A stretch of DNA of 64,000 nucleotides from Eledone cirrhosa (taxonomy: Eukaryota). Both the position numbers and the translations under genes were made by a program. Within the stretch, counting starts at the first letter, position 1; each line of letters starts with the position of its first letter. Under the pieces are notes generated by a model that worked only from the letters and a program-made list of their open reading frames with translations, was not told where the DNA came from and made no database searches. Shown one piece after another: positions 50,855 through 64,000 of this stretch. Location: NCBI GenBank assembly GCA_964016885.1, contig OZ024743.1, positions 173,104,001 through 173,168,000 on the forward strand, written 5' to 3'.

Positions 50855-51620
50855 TTTCTTTCATCCTAATATTTCAGGACTTAAAATTCCCTTCTTCAGA
50901 GTATAAGGAACTCTCAGAGAAAAAGGTTCCAGTTTCTTCTCTTTGGAATTAAATTTAGATTTAAATTTTATAACTGCTTTCAAGCATTGTTTGATGTTTG
51001 ATGTATTATTCAGAAGAAGGTGGAGGATCACGTCAATTGCTGATGTAATATTTCATTGTATCAATTTCCTTGTATGAGATGTTGTATGAGATGTTTAGGT
51101 TGCATGTGTGTGCTGTAAGCTGGATTGTACCCATAAAGCCATGTATCATCACTAGCAATAATTCTTGTAAAACATTATTTGAGGATCAGATTGGCAGTAT
51201 TGGTAGAGGGTCGGACGCCATGCTTTCCAGCATAGTTACGTCCCTTTACGATCTGAGTTCAAATCCCGCCGAGGTTGACTTTGCCTTTCATCCTTACAGG
51301 GTAGTTAAAATAAAGTACCAGTAATATACTGGGTAATTTCTGGCCTTGTGCCTAAAGTAGAAACAATTATTTGAGGATCACTATTAAAAACATTAATGAA
51401 AGTGTTAAACACTTAACAAAAGAAAAGGTACACTTATAGAATGGCTGACTGAATATGCATGTGTTTTTTTTTCTCTCCCTTTTTTCACATTCCTTCCTCT
51501 TCTCATTCTATATCTTTTTATTTTATCTTTTATTTTTAATTCTATCTCCTGATGAAGGACTAGTGACTGAAACATTATGACTCTTTTCCTGTTATTTCAA
51601 GCGTTAAACTAATATATTTC
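50855..51620. mobile_element. Penelope-like remnant with inverted hammerhead-like motifs
   Basis: CTGAAGA..GAAA (-, 50861-50906), CTGATGA..GAAAC (+, ~51550-51580); weak ILK.NV..HG.MGT..PAY RT trace on the minus strand. Confidence 0.5.
51189..51365 (+). mobile_element. SINE subfamily A, 15-bp TSD
   Basis: TSD ATTATTTGAGGATCA at 51174-51188 and 51366-51380. Confidence 0.9.
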
Positions 51621-51649
51621 TTCAATGTATTGCGTCGCTTGCTTTGTTA

Positions 51650-52667
51650 TTTCTGTTTACTTTATATAAGACATTGTATGCTGTGTGTATACAAAAAAGG
51701 TTCCTTAGCAGCAGACATAGCAAGGAATATTCATTCTGCCTATAAACTGTTCAAACATGCCAATGGTGGTTTAAACAATATTGATCAGGAAACTTTTCCC
51801 TCTGTGATTCCCCTCAACCAGGGCGACAAAGTTCTCTTGATCTTGAGCTTTTACAGAATGTGGTAGAAGAAAATCCTAAGCAAACTGCATGAGAATTAGT
51901 AAAAGTGTTCAATACATTTCACAGAACTGGGAAAGGTGTCTAAACTTGGCCAGTGGATGCCACATAATCTGACTTGTCCTTTACTCTTCATTAAAAAGTA
52001 GACTTGCTGATGATCCCTTTCTGGGCAGAATAATAACCATTAACAAAAAATAGGTTTAATACAGTAATATACAAAGAAAACAACAATGGTTAGCACCCAA
52101 TGAAAAGAGGGAAACCACATCCAAACCAGGACAACACCCAGAAAAGTTTATGCGCTGTGTCTGGTGGGATATGAAGGGTGTCAAGCAAGACAATTAATAC
52201 TAATAAGTATTGTCACCAACTGGAATCATTACATCAAAATTTGCAGAAAAAGGGCCAGTACTGGCAAATCATAAAGGTATGTTGCTCCTACATGACAATG
52301 CAAGATCACATATTGCCTGAATTACACAGAACAAAATTCTTACACTTAATATGGAAGTTTTACCTCATCCTTCTTATTCACTTGACCTTTTTCTATCAGA
52401 TTATCATCTTTTGAAATCATTGCAACATTTTCTAAATGGAAAACTGTTTACCAATCAAGAAGAGGTAAAAATGGACATTGAATCCTTCTTTGCTTCACAA
52501 CCTGAAGAATCTTATACGAGAAGGATCAACAACTTACCAAACAGATGGGATTATGTGATTAAAAATGAGGGAAATATTATCTGGATTGAATATATCCATC
52601 ATAACCAAATAAGCGTATTTTCCTTTCCTTGTCCAAAATGCGACAGGACTTTGTATCCAACTTAATA
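51650..52667 (+). mobile_element. Mariner transposon relic
   Basis: IRHCML, WMPH.L, HDNAR.H, LPHPSYSLDLFLSDYHL (YSPDL motif); right TIR-like ACTTTGTATCCAACTTAATA. Confidence 0.85.
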
Positions 52668-53273
52668 AATTTGCTGAACTGAACCTTGGCTTATGTCTAA
52701 TTCAAATGTAATGTTTCTACTTATCTTTGCATCCATTTCAAACTGGTGGATTTAGGTTCTAAGTCATATAAATCTTGGTGTTTCCTTAATAAAAATATTA
52801 ACAGTAGAAGGTCTCACAAAAATTGAAAACATATGCTTTTCAATTTTTTGAGGTCCTTGCTGATTGTGAGACCCTAAGCTGTAGTTTATTTATGCTTAAA
52901 TTTGGCACTGACTTTAAGTAAGCCTTTTACTAACACAATGAAGTCTTTAGTGGTTAAAATATCTTTGTTGCATTCTAATTCTTGATCTCATATCTAAAGC
53001 AATTTGTCTATTTCTAAATAGTTTTTATAGTTGTCAGACACATGCAAATCTAGTAGTAGGCCTAGGTTGTTCAGTATGTTTATTATCAGTACTAATTACA
53101 AATGATATTTGTATGAGTTATGAATATATACATGTACATGTAGTCCACATGAGTAAAATACCAGTTCAATACTGTAGTTGGTTCTTCTACTATCTCTTAC
53201 TCTCTTTCTCTGGAAAGTACCCCCAACTCCACCAGTTTCCAACCTAGAGAGGAATGAGCTCCACCTGGTTTAA

Positions 53274-53824
53274 CCCTTTATCATCTACATTACTCTACAT
53301 ATCATCATCATCATCGATTAATGTCCATCTTCCTTGCTAGCATGGGTTAGACAGGTCCTATTTTGAGGCAAGTTGTGTCGGGTTACTATGTCTCACTCAT
53401 ATAGCTGGTTTTCTACAGCTGGATGCTCTTCCTAATGCCAACCACATTTACAGTGTGGGCTGGGTGCTTTTTGCCATGTCTTTTACACATCCACTTTACA
53501 GTTGGGTGCTTTTTGCTGTCTTTTACACGTCCACTTTACAGTGTGGGCTCTGTGTGGGCTGGGTGCTTTTTGCTGTGTCTTTTAGATGTCTACTTTACAG
53601 TGTGGGCTGGGTGCTTTTTGCCGTGTCTTTTACACGTCCACTTTACAGTTATATTTTCATGGTAAAGGCTTTACCTCACATAATTATCTCATCTATGAGA
53701 TTTTGATATTATTTATTTTGAGAACAATACCTTAACATCAGTATGAGTGGTCAGTTACAATCAGTTTGAACAGAAAGAGGTGAGAAAATTCTGGTCTGAT
53801 GTGACCGGTTTAAATGCTAAAGGG
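53274..53824. mobile_element. piggyBac-like MITE (TTAA TSD) containing an RTE-tail-derived fragment with a minisatellite
   Basis: TTAA|CCCTTTA ... TAAAGGG|TTAA; 53300-53460 is similar to the reverse complement of the RTE 3' UTR 26160-26330. Confidence 0.7.
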
Positions 53825-54373
53825 TTAAAATACCAGTGTCAGGAGAGTACCCCTACGACTCCATCAAGACCCTTTACCTTCCTGACTGTTGGCGACTACT
53901 TACTGCTCGAAGCACCAAACAGCACAGAAGAAACTAACAACTAAGGACCTTTCTATCTAAGTGTGTTCACTAGAGAATAACAGGTTCACTAATAAATTCT
54001 TTCAAGACTAGCAAAAATTGAGAGAAATACTGAGAACAGTGTGTATATTTTGCTCAACTACGAGATATACAACTTGTAACCAAGAGAAAATAGCCAGAAG
54101 GGATGGGGATGGGGGGGGGGGTTGTAAACAGAATATAATGTGCTATCTGTTAACTTATCCAGCTTATCATAAAACTTGATAATGAATCTTTTGAAAAAAT
54201 ATTTATTATATGAGAATAATAGTATAGCCTTTATACTATTATAGTAATCATTTTGTTATCTTCGTATGTGTTTTAGTCTACTTAATTACCATTGTCTACA
54301 TTTACCATTGTACATTGTGCTTAAATTAATGTTTGAAGCACACCCTGTGTGTGTATGTGTGTCTGTGTGTGTA

Positions 54374-54555
54374 TCATCATCATCATCATCACCATTGTTA
54401 AATGTCTATTTTTCATGCTTGCATGGGTTAGATGGGCTGTAATGTGATGAGGCCAGACACGTCCGGTGACCATATTTTGCTTATACACTCTGTTTTGAGC
54501 TTGGTTTTCTCCAACTGAATGCCCTCCCTAATGCCAACCACTTCATAAGGTGAAT
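54374..54555 (-). mobile_element. RTE-tail-derived non-autonomous fragment
   Basis: (CAT)n, CATGCTTGCATGGG, CCTAATGCCAACCAC, as at 21790-21950 and 53300-53450. Confidence 0.65.
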
Positions 54556-54587
54556 TGAATGATGTGTGTGTATATATATTTATATAT

Positions 54588-54853
54588 TCTCTTTTACTCT
54601 TTTACTCTTTTACTCTTTTATCTGAGGCCATGCTGGGGCACCGCCCTTGTTGCTACATGTTCTATCGCCAGCCAGTGTTGGCTGGTAATTGGTGTAAGAG
54701 GGAGTTCGGTGCTGCTGCCCTTAGGTTACCTTTGTACCGTGCTGTGGACTCATCCGGGATCCTGGATAGCAGAGTGTCAAGATGTTTCTTGAAAACATCC
54801 ACGTCCACACCATGCAGATCTCTCAAATTTTTTGGCAGTTTGTTGAAGAGTTG
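54588..54853 (-). mobile_element. CR1-group LINE 3' end with (GAGTAAAA)n tail
   Basis: LFNKLPKNLR..FKKHLDTLLSRIPDE..AAAPNSL. Confidence 0.75.
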
Positions 54854-54973
54854 ATATACATATTTATATATATATACCATCATCATCATCATTATTGTTT
54901 TTACATTCACCTCTTTATGCATTAGACATATGATGAGAAAGAGGAGGAATTAAATCCATATGATATAGAGGAC

Positions 54974-57900
54974 TGTGGAGCTGCCATGGGGGAGGCTGCC
55001 GGAAGTTGGGGGACGCCTTACAGGATGTGAAAGGATGAGTGACAGGGTTCAGGGCCTATTGACTGTCTCTTTGCCCTCAGGACGTGGTTGAGTGTGAAGT
55101 GAGACTGAGAGAGGTTCTGGTACCCTAAAGTCGGATGTAAAGTCATGTGGATGGTGGACGACTCTGTCCGAAGTAAATTGAAGACGCAAGGTAAGTCCAA
55201 CTGCTACTGGATATAAGCTAATTTCGGCTTTTTTTTATTTCACCCATTTTTCAGCATTCTTACTCTCAGCAGTGTTTTTTTTTTCTTTTCTTGGGTTATT
55301 ATTGACTTTTATGATCTCACAGACGATATGGCAGTGAAGGAGATGTCATTACTTGGTTGAGAAAAGTCAGATTGGTCGCCACGCTGCAAGGTATCGAGAA
55401 TGTGGTTAGCCTAATTGCTCTCTATCTTGATGGAAATGCTCTAGCATTATACCTCGAGATGGATGTGTCAGACCAACTGAATGCGGAGAAGATAGAGCAA
55501 TGTCTTAAGGAAGCGTTCACTGAGAAGTCTTATGTTGCTTTCGCCAAGCTAGGCAAAGTGAGATGGATGGGAGAGCAAGTGGATGTATTTGCAGTGGAAA
55601 TACGGCAGTTGGTTATGCTGGATTAGTTCACAGGAGAGAACTGCTAAAGGGCCGTGCAGATGGCATTCATGAACGGGTTCCCTGATGAGATTTCAGTGAG
55701 ATTCCAACAGTTGCTGGGCAAAATGAGCATGAGCGAGCTAATCGCACAGGCCCACATAGTAACACAAGGAGCTGATTAGAATGTTGCAGTGATGGAAGCC
55801 CATGGCAGTCAACAGTGATCAACGAATGACAAAAGGGGAACCAGCCACTGTAAATATTCGACCATGGGCATTCAGAGGCCAATACTTCAGGTGTCAGGGT
55901 CTGCACATGGCAAGGGACTGCAGAGAGCCAAAGCTAGACATAATTTGCTACTGATGCAAGTGGGTAGGCCTCATCATCAACAATTGTGACCAGTTACTGC
56001 ACCAGTAGCTACCCCTGGAAATGAGTAGAGGCACTCTTATAGTCGCTGCCTGTAGTGGAAGTTCTGGTGGGGGAAAGCCATCACAAACCCTCGTGGACAC
56101 AGGCTGCACAACAACATTAGTGACTCTGGAGGTGGTTAAAAAGTGGAGTGGGATGAGTAGTGTAAGGGCAGTCGACAGCAAAGAGATTAGATGCAGAGGT
56201 AGCAGTGAGGTGGAGATGGCGGTACGAGGAAGAAAAATAAAGCCGTGGGCGATCGTGATTGACCACATGGTGGATGGAATCGATATAGTAATTGGCATGG
56301 ATGCAATTGGCTGCTTAGGAGGTGTTACAGTGTGTGAGCTGCTATCAGCATACGTTGAAAGAAGATGACAGAAGCGAGTTTGAGGGAGAGGTACAAAGAT
56401 GGATCGAGGAGGGTTTATTGATCTCTTGGAAGGAGGAGGTAAAGAGTGGAGTGTTGCCGTTAATAGCAGTAGAAGTTAATAGCAGGAAGAACAAGGTCAG
56501 ACTGGTGTTGAACTTTCGTGAACTGAACGAACACGTGTCTTGTCACACAGGTGGGTGAGGTCATGGATGTTTGCAAGGAGACCTTGAGAAAGTAGAGACA
56601 AATGACGGGGGTGGGGTGGGGGGTGGGGGGGCTCCATGATTGTTCACTTACAGTCGGCATATCTACAGCTACAGGTAGATGAGAAACTGGAAGTATCAGC
56701 AGGTCAGGTATAAGGGCCAGACATACTGCCTGATCAGGCATGGTTTCAGCGGGAATTCCGTACCAAAGATCATGGTGACGGTTCTCAAGACCATTTTGGG
56801 GAAAGCAGATAAGGTGAAGAGGGCCACCAACTCCTACATCGACGTCATCTTGGTAGATGAGACTGTGGTATCAGCAGCAGAGGTCTCAAGCCACTTAGAA
56901 AGGTTTGGGCTGACCGCAAAACTGCCAGAGGTGATGGAAGGAGGAGCTGCACTGGAACTCAGGCTGCAAAGAGACAAGACAGAGACACTGGTGTTTTGGA
57001 GGGGAAATTAAGTCCCAGAACAGGAACCTGACATGGATAGATGAGAACTCTTCTCAATGTGTGGTACATTGGTAGGCCACTATCCAGGTTGGCTCAAAAC
57101 AGCATGCAGCTATGTCAAGAGATAAGCGAATGGATTGAGCTGGGGAGACAGAGAAGGAGAGAGGACGGTGGCCATGATGCGGGAGATTGTGGAGAGGGTA
57201 AAGGTGGATGACCCAGTAAGAGGAAGCTGGTATGTACCCAAATCAGAGAATGGGACCGTATGGTGTGATGTCAGCAGCATAGTGCTAGAGGTCACTCTGG
57301 AGATAGGGAGTGTCGAGGTCAAGGATGCAGCCTGGCTCAAGATGGAGGACTGTAACCATATCAATGTGGTTGAACTGGATGTCGTACTGAGAGGAGTGAA
57401 TCTTGCCTTGAGCTGGGGGCTGTACACCATAGAGATTCGCACTGACTCGGCCACTGTACTTGGATGGGTGAGATCAGTGGTCACCAGTGAGAAGAGGGTG
57501 CAAATGAGAAGGGCGGCAGAAATGTTAAGAAAGCGTCACCTGTGAACTCTGGGAAAGCTGGTTTGGTGTGAAGTTGAGTGTGGTCTTTATACCCCCTGAG
57601 AAAAATAGGGTGGACATCTTAACCAAGGTGAATAAAGCCTGGCTGGAAGCGCCAGAGGATGCACAAAAGGGGATAGCTGTAGTGTGTCGGTTGAGTGACG
57701 TGGAGTTGAGGGGGTTGCATACCATACATCATATGGGAGTGAATAGGACCCTGTTCCTAGCCAAAAAAAATCAACTCTGATGTTAGCAGACAGAATGTCC
57801 AGAAAGTGGTGGGGAGTTGCGACAGATGCGAGTCTATTGACCCTACCCCGGGCATGCATGAGATGGGTAATATCCCGGTGGAACACAACTAGAAGTGATT

Positions 57901-58793
57901 GGTGGTGGATGTGACACACTACCGACAAGGGAAGTATCTCTCAATGGTCGATTGTGGGCCAGGACTGATGGTGATATGGAAGGAAATGAAGACGGGGACT
58001 GCGGAGGAAATCGTGCGGACACTAAAAGAGATATTCTTGGAGCAGGGCCCTGCGGATGAACAGCTGATGGACAACAGCATAGCATTTCGCTTGGAGATGC
58101 TGAACGAGATGCTGAACAAGTGGAATGTGAACTGTTTCTTCCAAGTGGTGTACAAGCCAAGTGGAAATGGGATCATGGAGAGACAGCATCGCACAATCAA
58201 GACCATGGTGGAAAGGGGGAACATTTCACCAATGGAGGTGGTATTCTGGTACAACATGTCTCCTTGGGTGGGACAGGCTGAGGAGTCGGTTCTACATAGA
58301 GCAATATATCGATATGAATGGCGACATTTGTTTACGGTACTACAACTGGTGGAGGAGAGAGAGAATCTGTTTGTACGAGTGCGCAAGGTGGTCTGGGTGA
58401 AGCCCTTGAATGCGCGTTACACATCTCAATGGGGAAAGGGAACAGTAATGGCCATAATTTCCCAAAACAACGTGTCTGTGGACGGAATGCCACATCACAT
58501 CTTGGATGTTCGTAGAGTTGTTGATTTGATGGATTCCAAGGTCCGAGGAAGAGGAAAATGAAAGCACCGCCCCAACAGTGTGGAGATTGCAATGCGAGTG
58601 CTGACCACCCAGGTGGATGGTGGACTTTGATATAGAGTAATGTGATGGGGTGATTAATCCTTGAGATCAGGGGGGCATGTGGGGCTGCCGAGAGGGAGAG
58701 TGCCGGAAGTTGGATGTAAGTCACATGGACGGTGGATGACTCGGTCTGGAGTAAATCGAAGATACAAGGTAAGTTCAACTGCTTCTGATCACA
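54974..58793 (+). mobile_element. Compact Gypsy-like LTR retrotransposon, decayed
   Basis: LTRs ~54974-55215 and 58678-58793 (TG..CA), purine tract before the 3' LTR, TSD AGGAC/AGGGC; protease LVDTG, RT YID, RNase H WCD..ELD..TDS, then integrase. Confidence 0.88.
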
Positions 58794-59159
58794 AGGGCAA
58801 TTAGAAGTTGCTATGCAAAAAGCCTTCTGCAAACTATTTATGAGGCCTGTGGCTGGAACAAAGCACCAGCCAGTCAAGGTAACATTGTGGTGGAACAGAA
58901 CCCATGGATAGAGCTGTTAAAGCCAGGAGACAGGCGCAAAGAGACTGGGAAAATGGGAGCAACAAAGATCAATATCAAGTAATTAAAAGAGAAGCTAGAT
59001 GAAAGGTATAGCATGCAAAGAAGCTGAAAGAAGGAAGTTTGTCAATATTTTGTGACATAAGAATCAGAGATGTGAGGTGTTACACATTGCTGTGTGAATC
59101 AAGTTGTTTTTGGGGGAAAGTGTGTTTGAAATTACACTGGTGATTCTAGCATCATCACT

Positions 59160-62100
59160 TCTCCTTCTCCTCGTCCTCCTTGGCCCACTTATTTCTGACA
59201 GGATCTTGGGGGTAGAGTCCTCAAACAATCTTTCCAGCGGGTCTTGTTAGAAGCATCCATCTTAAACTGAGCCAACTGGATCCCCAAGCAAGACCAGACA
59301 AGTTCTTGGATGCTATCCAACCATCATGCTTGAGGTCTACCCATGGGTCTCCTGCTGGTTGGTTTTGCCCGTAAAATCTGTTGAGCTATTCTTTCCTGAG
59401 ATATTCTGACCATAGTATTGGAGTTGGGATCTCTCAATTCAGAGAAGTATCAGCTCTATTGAGTAATGTTACTCCAAAGATCCTTTGGTGGAACCCCATT
59501 TCAACAGCTTGTATTCGCGATCATATTCTTTCAGTCATTACCCAAGAGTCATGACCATAGGTAAGGGTTGACACAGCTACCAAATTGAAGATAGCAAGTT
59601 TGGCTTGTATGCCTACCTCTCTTCTGATTACCGAATCCTGAAGCTGGCACATTACTGCACCAGCTTTTGCAATTCTTGCACTTAATTCAGCCTCCTGCCT
59701 TCCATCATTCATGAACACGCCCCCAAGGTACTTGAACTTCTCTACCTGCTTCAGTGGGACTCCATTCATGTGTAGAGTGCATTGCACAGGTTTCCTTGCA
59801 AGGATGAGTGTCTCAGTTTTCGTAGCACTGATTTTCTTTCCAGAACATGGCATCAAACCTATCAAGTGCAAGTTGGAGATCAATTTCTGTCGAATTAAGT
59901 AACACCATGTCATCTGCAAATTTCAACCGACTGACTTTACACCAGCCAATTGTGATATATCTTCCTAACTCAGCTGCTCATGACAATTCTGTTCATGTAA
60001 ATAAGGAACAGGAGAGGTGACAGTATACACCCTTAGCAGAGTTCAACTCCCACATTGAATGGTTTCAATTTAGCACCATTTATCCAAACACAAATACTCT
60101 GGCATTTATATAGAGACTTCAGGGCAGCAAGAAGTTGACCATTGATCACATACTCCTGCAGAACCTTCCTAAGCAGGTCCCAGGTCAACAAAATAATAAT
60201 ATACTTCTTGGCAATACTCCCACGATTTCTTGAATACCTGCTGCAGTGTGAATATTTGGTTGTCTGTGCTGCATCTGGGGCGAAAACCACACTGTTCATC
60301 AGCTAGCTTTGACTCAACAATCTCCCTGCATCTCTTTGCCAGACATTTAGCATAGACTTTACTAGGGAGGCTTAACAAGGAGACCCCTCAGCAATTGGAA
60401 CAATCTCTCTTGTCTCCTTTTTTGAAAATTGGGATTATCACTCCCAATTGTCTTTGCTTCAGTACCTTTCCAGGGATCCAGAGAATACCTACTCTATTTA
60501 AGGTTTTTAACATCTTAGGCCGGATTTCATTTTCCCCAGCAGCCTTTGAACTCTTTAATTGTTCGTGACCTCACCACTCCCAGATGCACTTTGTGTACAT
60601 CTGAAGATGCTGTTGTGATCGAGTTTAGGAGATCAGTAAAGTATTCTGTCCACCTCACGAGGATGCATCCCTCTGAAGAGAGGAGAACCCCAACACATTC
60701 TTGATAGCAGGTGTGGATGAGCGCTTCTTATTATGAAGTCAAAAGATGGTCTGCCAGAACAGTTTATTTGCTGAGCTGAAATCGAATTCCAGCTTAACCC
60801 CAAGGTCCTCCTACATGTTAACTTTGGACTCCTTTACTGTCTCTGCTGCGATTCTTTGTGCCTGCTTGTCCCGCAAATGCAAGAAGGAGGACTTATTTCC
60901 AAGCCAAGCTTTGTAAGCTTCCTTCTTTGCTTGGATGGCATCTTTGACTGCTTGATTATTGAACCAAGGGGTCCTCCTGCCATCCAGCACCACACCAAGC
61001 TTCTTTCGTCTACAGCATTTAACACAGCTAAAGCAGAAACTGCTGCCCTGACAATCTCCACTCTGTCTTAACATCCTCAGTTTGCTCAGGGAGTTCTCTG
61101 AATTTGGATGCAATAGTACCTGCCTACCTGGTCCTGACTTCCTTATCTACCAATGCTTCCCACTTTATCTTGTCAGTTTTGTAGCTTCTTTGGCTTTAGG
61201 TAGTCTCAAGTTGCAGATAACTAGATGGTGATCAGTTGTCAGCTCAACCCCTCTCTTAACACTAACATCCAGCACAGAATCAAAGAGATCAGAGACAATA
61301 ACAAAATCAATTATTGATTTCTGTACCTTCTTCCCCTTATACCATGTATATTTATGGATGTCTCTGTGCTGGAAGAAGGTGTTCATAACAGAGAGTCCAC
61401 TGCTAGAACAGAAATCTAGTAATGCCTTTCCATTTGTATTTAGATTAGGGTCGCCATTCCTTCCAATCACTCCTTTCCACATCAGGTCATCAGTGCAAAC
61501 ATGTGCATTGAAGTCTCCCATCAGGATTTATGACTCAGTTTTAACTACATCTAACACTGCAGTGACTTCATCAAGGAAGGACTTATATTCAGACTTCTTG
61601 TTTGGTGCAATAAACTTGCGCCACCCACAGAGACCTTTACTTCAAGAGGCAAATCCTCCCTCATAATGGTATCTACTCCATAACACATTCTGACAGTTAG
61701 GGGCTTGTGAGTATCCCACTCCTGCCTATGCAGTTATTTCTGGTGCCTCACCTGAATAATGGAGTTTCCATCCTCCATCAAATCTACAATATCAGAACCA
61801 TGGAATTTTGTTGAGGAAATCCCGACTATATCAAGCCAGTAACATCTCGCCTCCTCTACTACTCTACTAGTTCCTGCTCCTTACTTGTAAGGGTTGTGAT
61901 GTTCCAGATTCCAACTGTTACAGTTTGCTCCCTTCTGAACCCTCTTTGGGGTCTTGGGATACACAACCTTTGTGAGTCCATCCCACGCCTCCCAGGACAG
62001 GTCGTAGGTCCATCGCCAGTATTTGAGGCATGAAATGGAGACTGCAATATATTTTTCGAACAGGCCCTTCCACCTAAGGCCTGAACACATCCCTTGTTAA

Positions 62101-62470
62101 CCTGCACGAAGGACAGTGTGGTATGGTTCTTTTTGTTTTCCTCATCAAATTGCAGTTTTGTTTTGGCGGTCTTATTCGCGCCAGTCAGCAATCTGGTATT
62201 TTGTCAAACCCACAAAGACTAGGCTCTTGTAGAAGCGGCCATTACTCACCTTCTTGTAAGTATATCACAGGGTTGTAAGCATTTTCATGCGAGCTACGGA
62301 TGTCACCCATTGTTCCATCTCTTCTAGTAGTTTACTGCTGTTAGTATGGGGTTGCTTATTCATCTGACAGTTGCCTGCTTATACTGCAACAAGCCATCAT
62401 ATTTGGTGGCCGTATCACTATCTGCCACTTATGCCTTGTTCTCTAGCAGAACAGCTCTGCTGAGGTTTAA
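59160..62470 (-). mobile_element. Near full-length Expander/Rex3-like RTE LINE, decayed
   Basis: GIWNITTL, GDFNAHV, TDHHLV, SLPSKVYAK, EQCGFRP, FADD, KFKYLG; purine-repeat tail; flanked by ATCACT. Confidence 0.85.
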
Positions 62471-63313
62471 TATCACTGATGTTCAAAAGAAAGAGGCCTG
62501 GAAATGTTATTACAAGAGGTGAATGGCAAATGTGTGGGAAGAAGAGAAACTACCCCTAGTTGACCCAACAGAGGGATCAGCTATGGAAATTGACAGTTAT
62601 AGGATCAAAGAAGCAAACAAGAAGATGAAAAATAGTAAATCTGCTGGTCTGTCAGAGATAATTGCTGAGATGTTGAAATCTTCTGGGGAAGTAGGAGTCA
62701 AACTAGTCACCCACATGGTCAGGTAATATAGGATGGGGCCATACCCAATGACTGGTGCAGCAGTATACTCATTAACTGTTACATGGGAAAATGTGATGAG
62801 TAGAAAAGAGCAAATATAGGGGCATAAACTGATGGACCAAGTTTTGAATCTGACAAAGAGTTTTAGAATAGCTAATTAGTGAAAGAATTAAATTAGATCA
62901 GATGCAGTTTGGTTTTGTGTCAGGAAGGAGGACCACAGATACCCTCTAATTAGTGAGACAACTACAAAAGAAGTTCCTAGCTAAGTGTCACTATATCTAA
63001 CTCTCGTTGATCTGGAGAAAGCCTTTGATAGAGTACCACAAACTGTCACCTGGTGGTTCTTAAAGAAAGTAACTGTAGAAGAATAGCTTGTGAGAGCAGT
63101 GCAAGCCATGTACAGAGGAACTGTCAGTAAAGTGAGAGTAGAAAATGAGTTTAGTGAAGAATTAAGTGTGCAGATAGGTGTTTAATACTGGCTGTCCATG
63201 AGTGATGGCCTGGTTCATATAGCTGAATCTGTGGAAGAGCTTAAGAAGAAATTCCAGTTGTGAAAACAGAACTTAGAATCAAAAGGGACCATAGTAAATT
63301 TCACTTTAATAAT

Positions 63314-63500
63314 TGTTTCTACTTTTGGCACAAGGCCAGCAATTACCCAGTGTATTACTGGTACTTTATTTTATCGACCCCGTAAGGATGAAAGGCAAAG
63401 TTAACCTCGGCGGGATTTGAACTCAGAATGGCAAGGGCCGTAACTCTACGCGTCAAAGCATGGCGTCCGACCCTCTACCGATACTGCCAATCCATCGCCC
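63314..63500 (-). mobile_element. SINE subfamily B, full length, 18-bp TSD
   Basis: TSD AAATTTCACTTTAATAAT at 63296-63313 and 63504-63521. Confidence 0.92.
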
Positions 63501-63584
63501 TACAAATTTCACTTTAATAATAAAATGTTATACACTTTAATACAATCCATGGTTAACTAAAGTTGTGTACTAATGCTGTGGATG

Positions 63585-63930
63585 CAACATGGCCAAATAG
63601 TTAAGAAGTTTGGGATCACAGAGAGGAGTATAAGTGTAATAAGACAAGGTTCTATCCCACTAAGTGACATTTTGGGCAAGTGTCATTGACCTATGATTTG
63701 TGAATGAATTTGGGTAGTCAGAAACTGTTAAGAACCCCTTCATACCTATAATTCAAAGGGTCAGCCTGGTTATACACTGTGTTACACTGAATCTCCCAGA
63801 GAACTACATTAAGAGTACATGTGTTTGTAGAATGCTCAATCACTTACATATTAATTTCATGAGCAGGTTGTTTCATTGATTGGACAATTGGAACACTCAT
63901 CATCTAAACTAACATGATAGGGTTCCAATA
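63585..63930 (+). mobile_element. Decayed SINE of the second family
   Basis: GGTTCTATCCC B-box-like, TTGGGCAAGTG core-like; similar to 44551-44790. Confidence 0.55.
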
Positions 63931-64000
63931 CCTTCTATGGTAGTTGGTGGGCTATGGTGCAATTAGAACTCCACATGAATAGACCCAGATCATATAGCAT

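Larger units (their letters stand above)
54920..63295 (+). mobile_element. Old RTE LINE split into three pieces (54920-54973, 58794-59159, 62471-63295)
   Basis: Pieces are colinear with 34420-35740 of the RTE family once the Gypsy and Expander-like inserts are removed. Confidence 0.8.

Noticed and set aside
52897-52910. hAT-like right TIR TAAATTTGGCACTG as the end of the 37-kb transposase element
   Set aside because: No matching left TIR or TSD was found in the window.
53447-53648. CRISPR-like array
   Set aside because: Eukaryotic context; units are contiguous degenerate repeats without unique spacers and there are no cas genes.

Overview
Animal genomic DNA that is almost entirely nested, mostly decayed transposable elements and microsatellites; no host protein-coding gene can be supported. 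The SINE families and repeat landscape suggest a cephalopod such as octopus (inference from recognition, not a search). Contents: two tandem L1-Tx1 LINEs plus a 3' fragment; a near full-length Naiad-type Penelope element with ~1-kb pseudo-LTRs carrying hammerhead ribozyme motifs, plus other Penelope remnants; many RTE LINEs (a family with a PHD-like finger inside the RT region, BovB-like and Expander/Rex3-like); CR1 and CRE-like fragments; one full-length decayed Helitron and three non-autonomous ones; two hAT transposase relics; a 6.8-kb TIR/TSD-bounded hAT element; MITEs; a mariner; a compact Gypsy LTR element; and about 11 copies of a tRNA-derived Meta-domain-like SINE. Most notable: (1) the SINE shares its 3' terminus with the Tx1 LINE and inserts at ATTA(T) with 11-18 bp TSDs, suggesting a Tx1-driven SINE; (2) several unrelated hammerhead-like motifs, including one in a non-coding 695-bp partially tandem, retrozyme-like unit; (3) a near-intact hAT transposase of a type I associate with oomycetes. 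Boundaries were read by eye and are approximate unless TSD or terminus coordinates are given.
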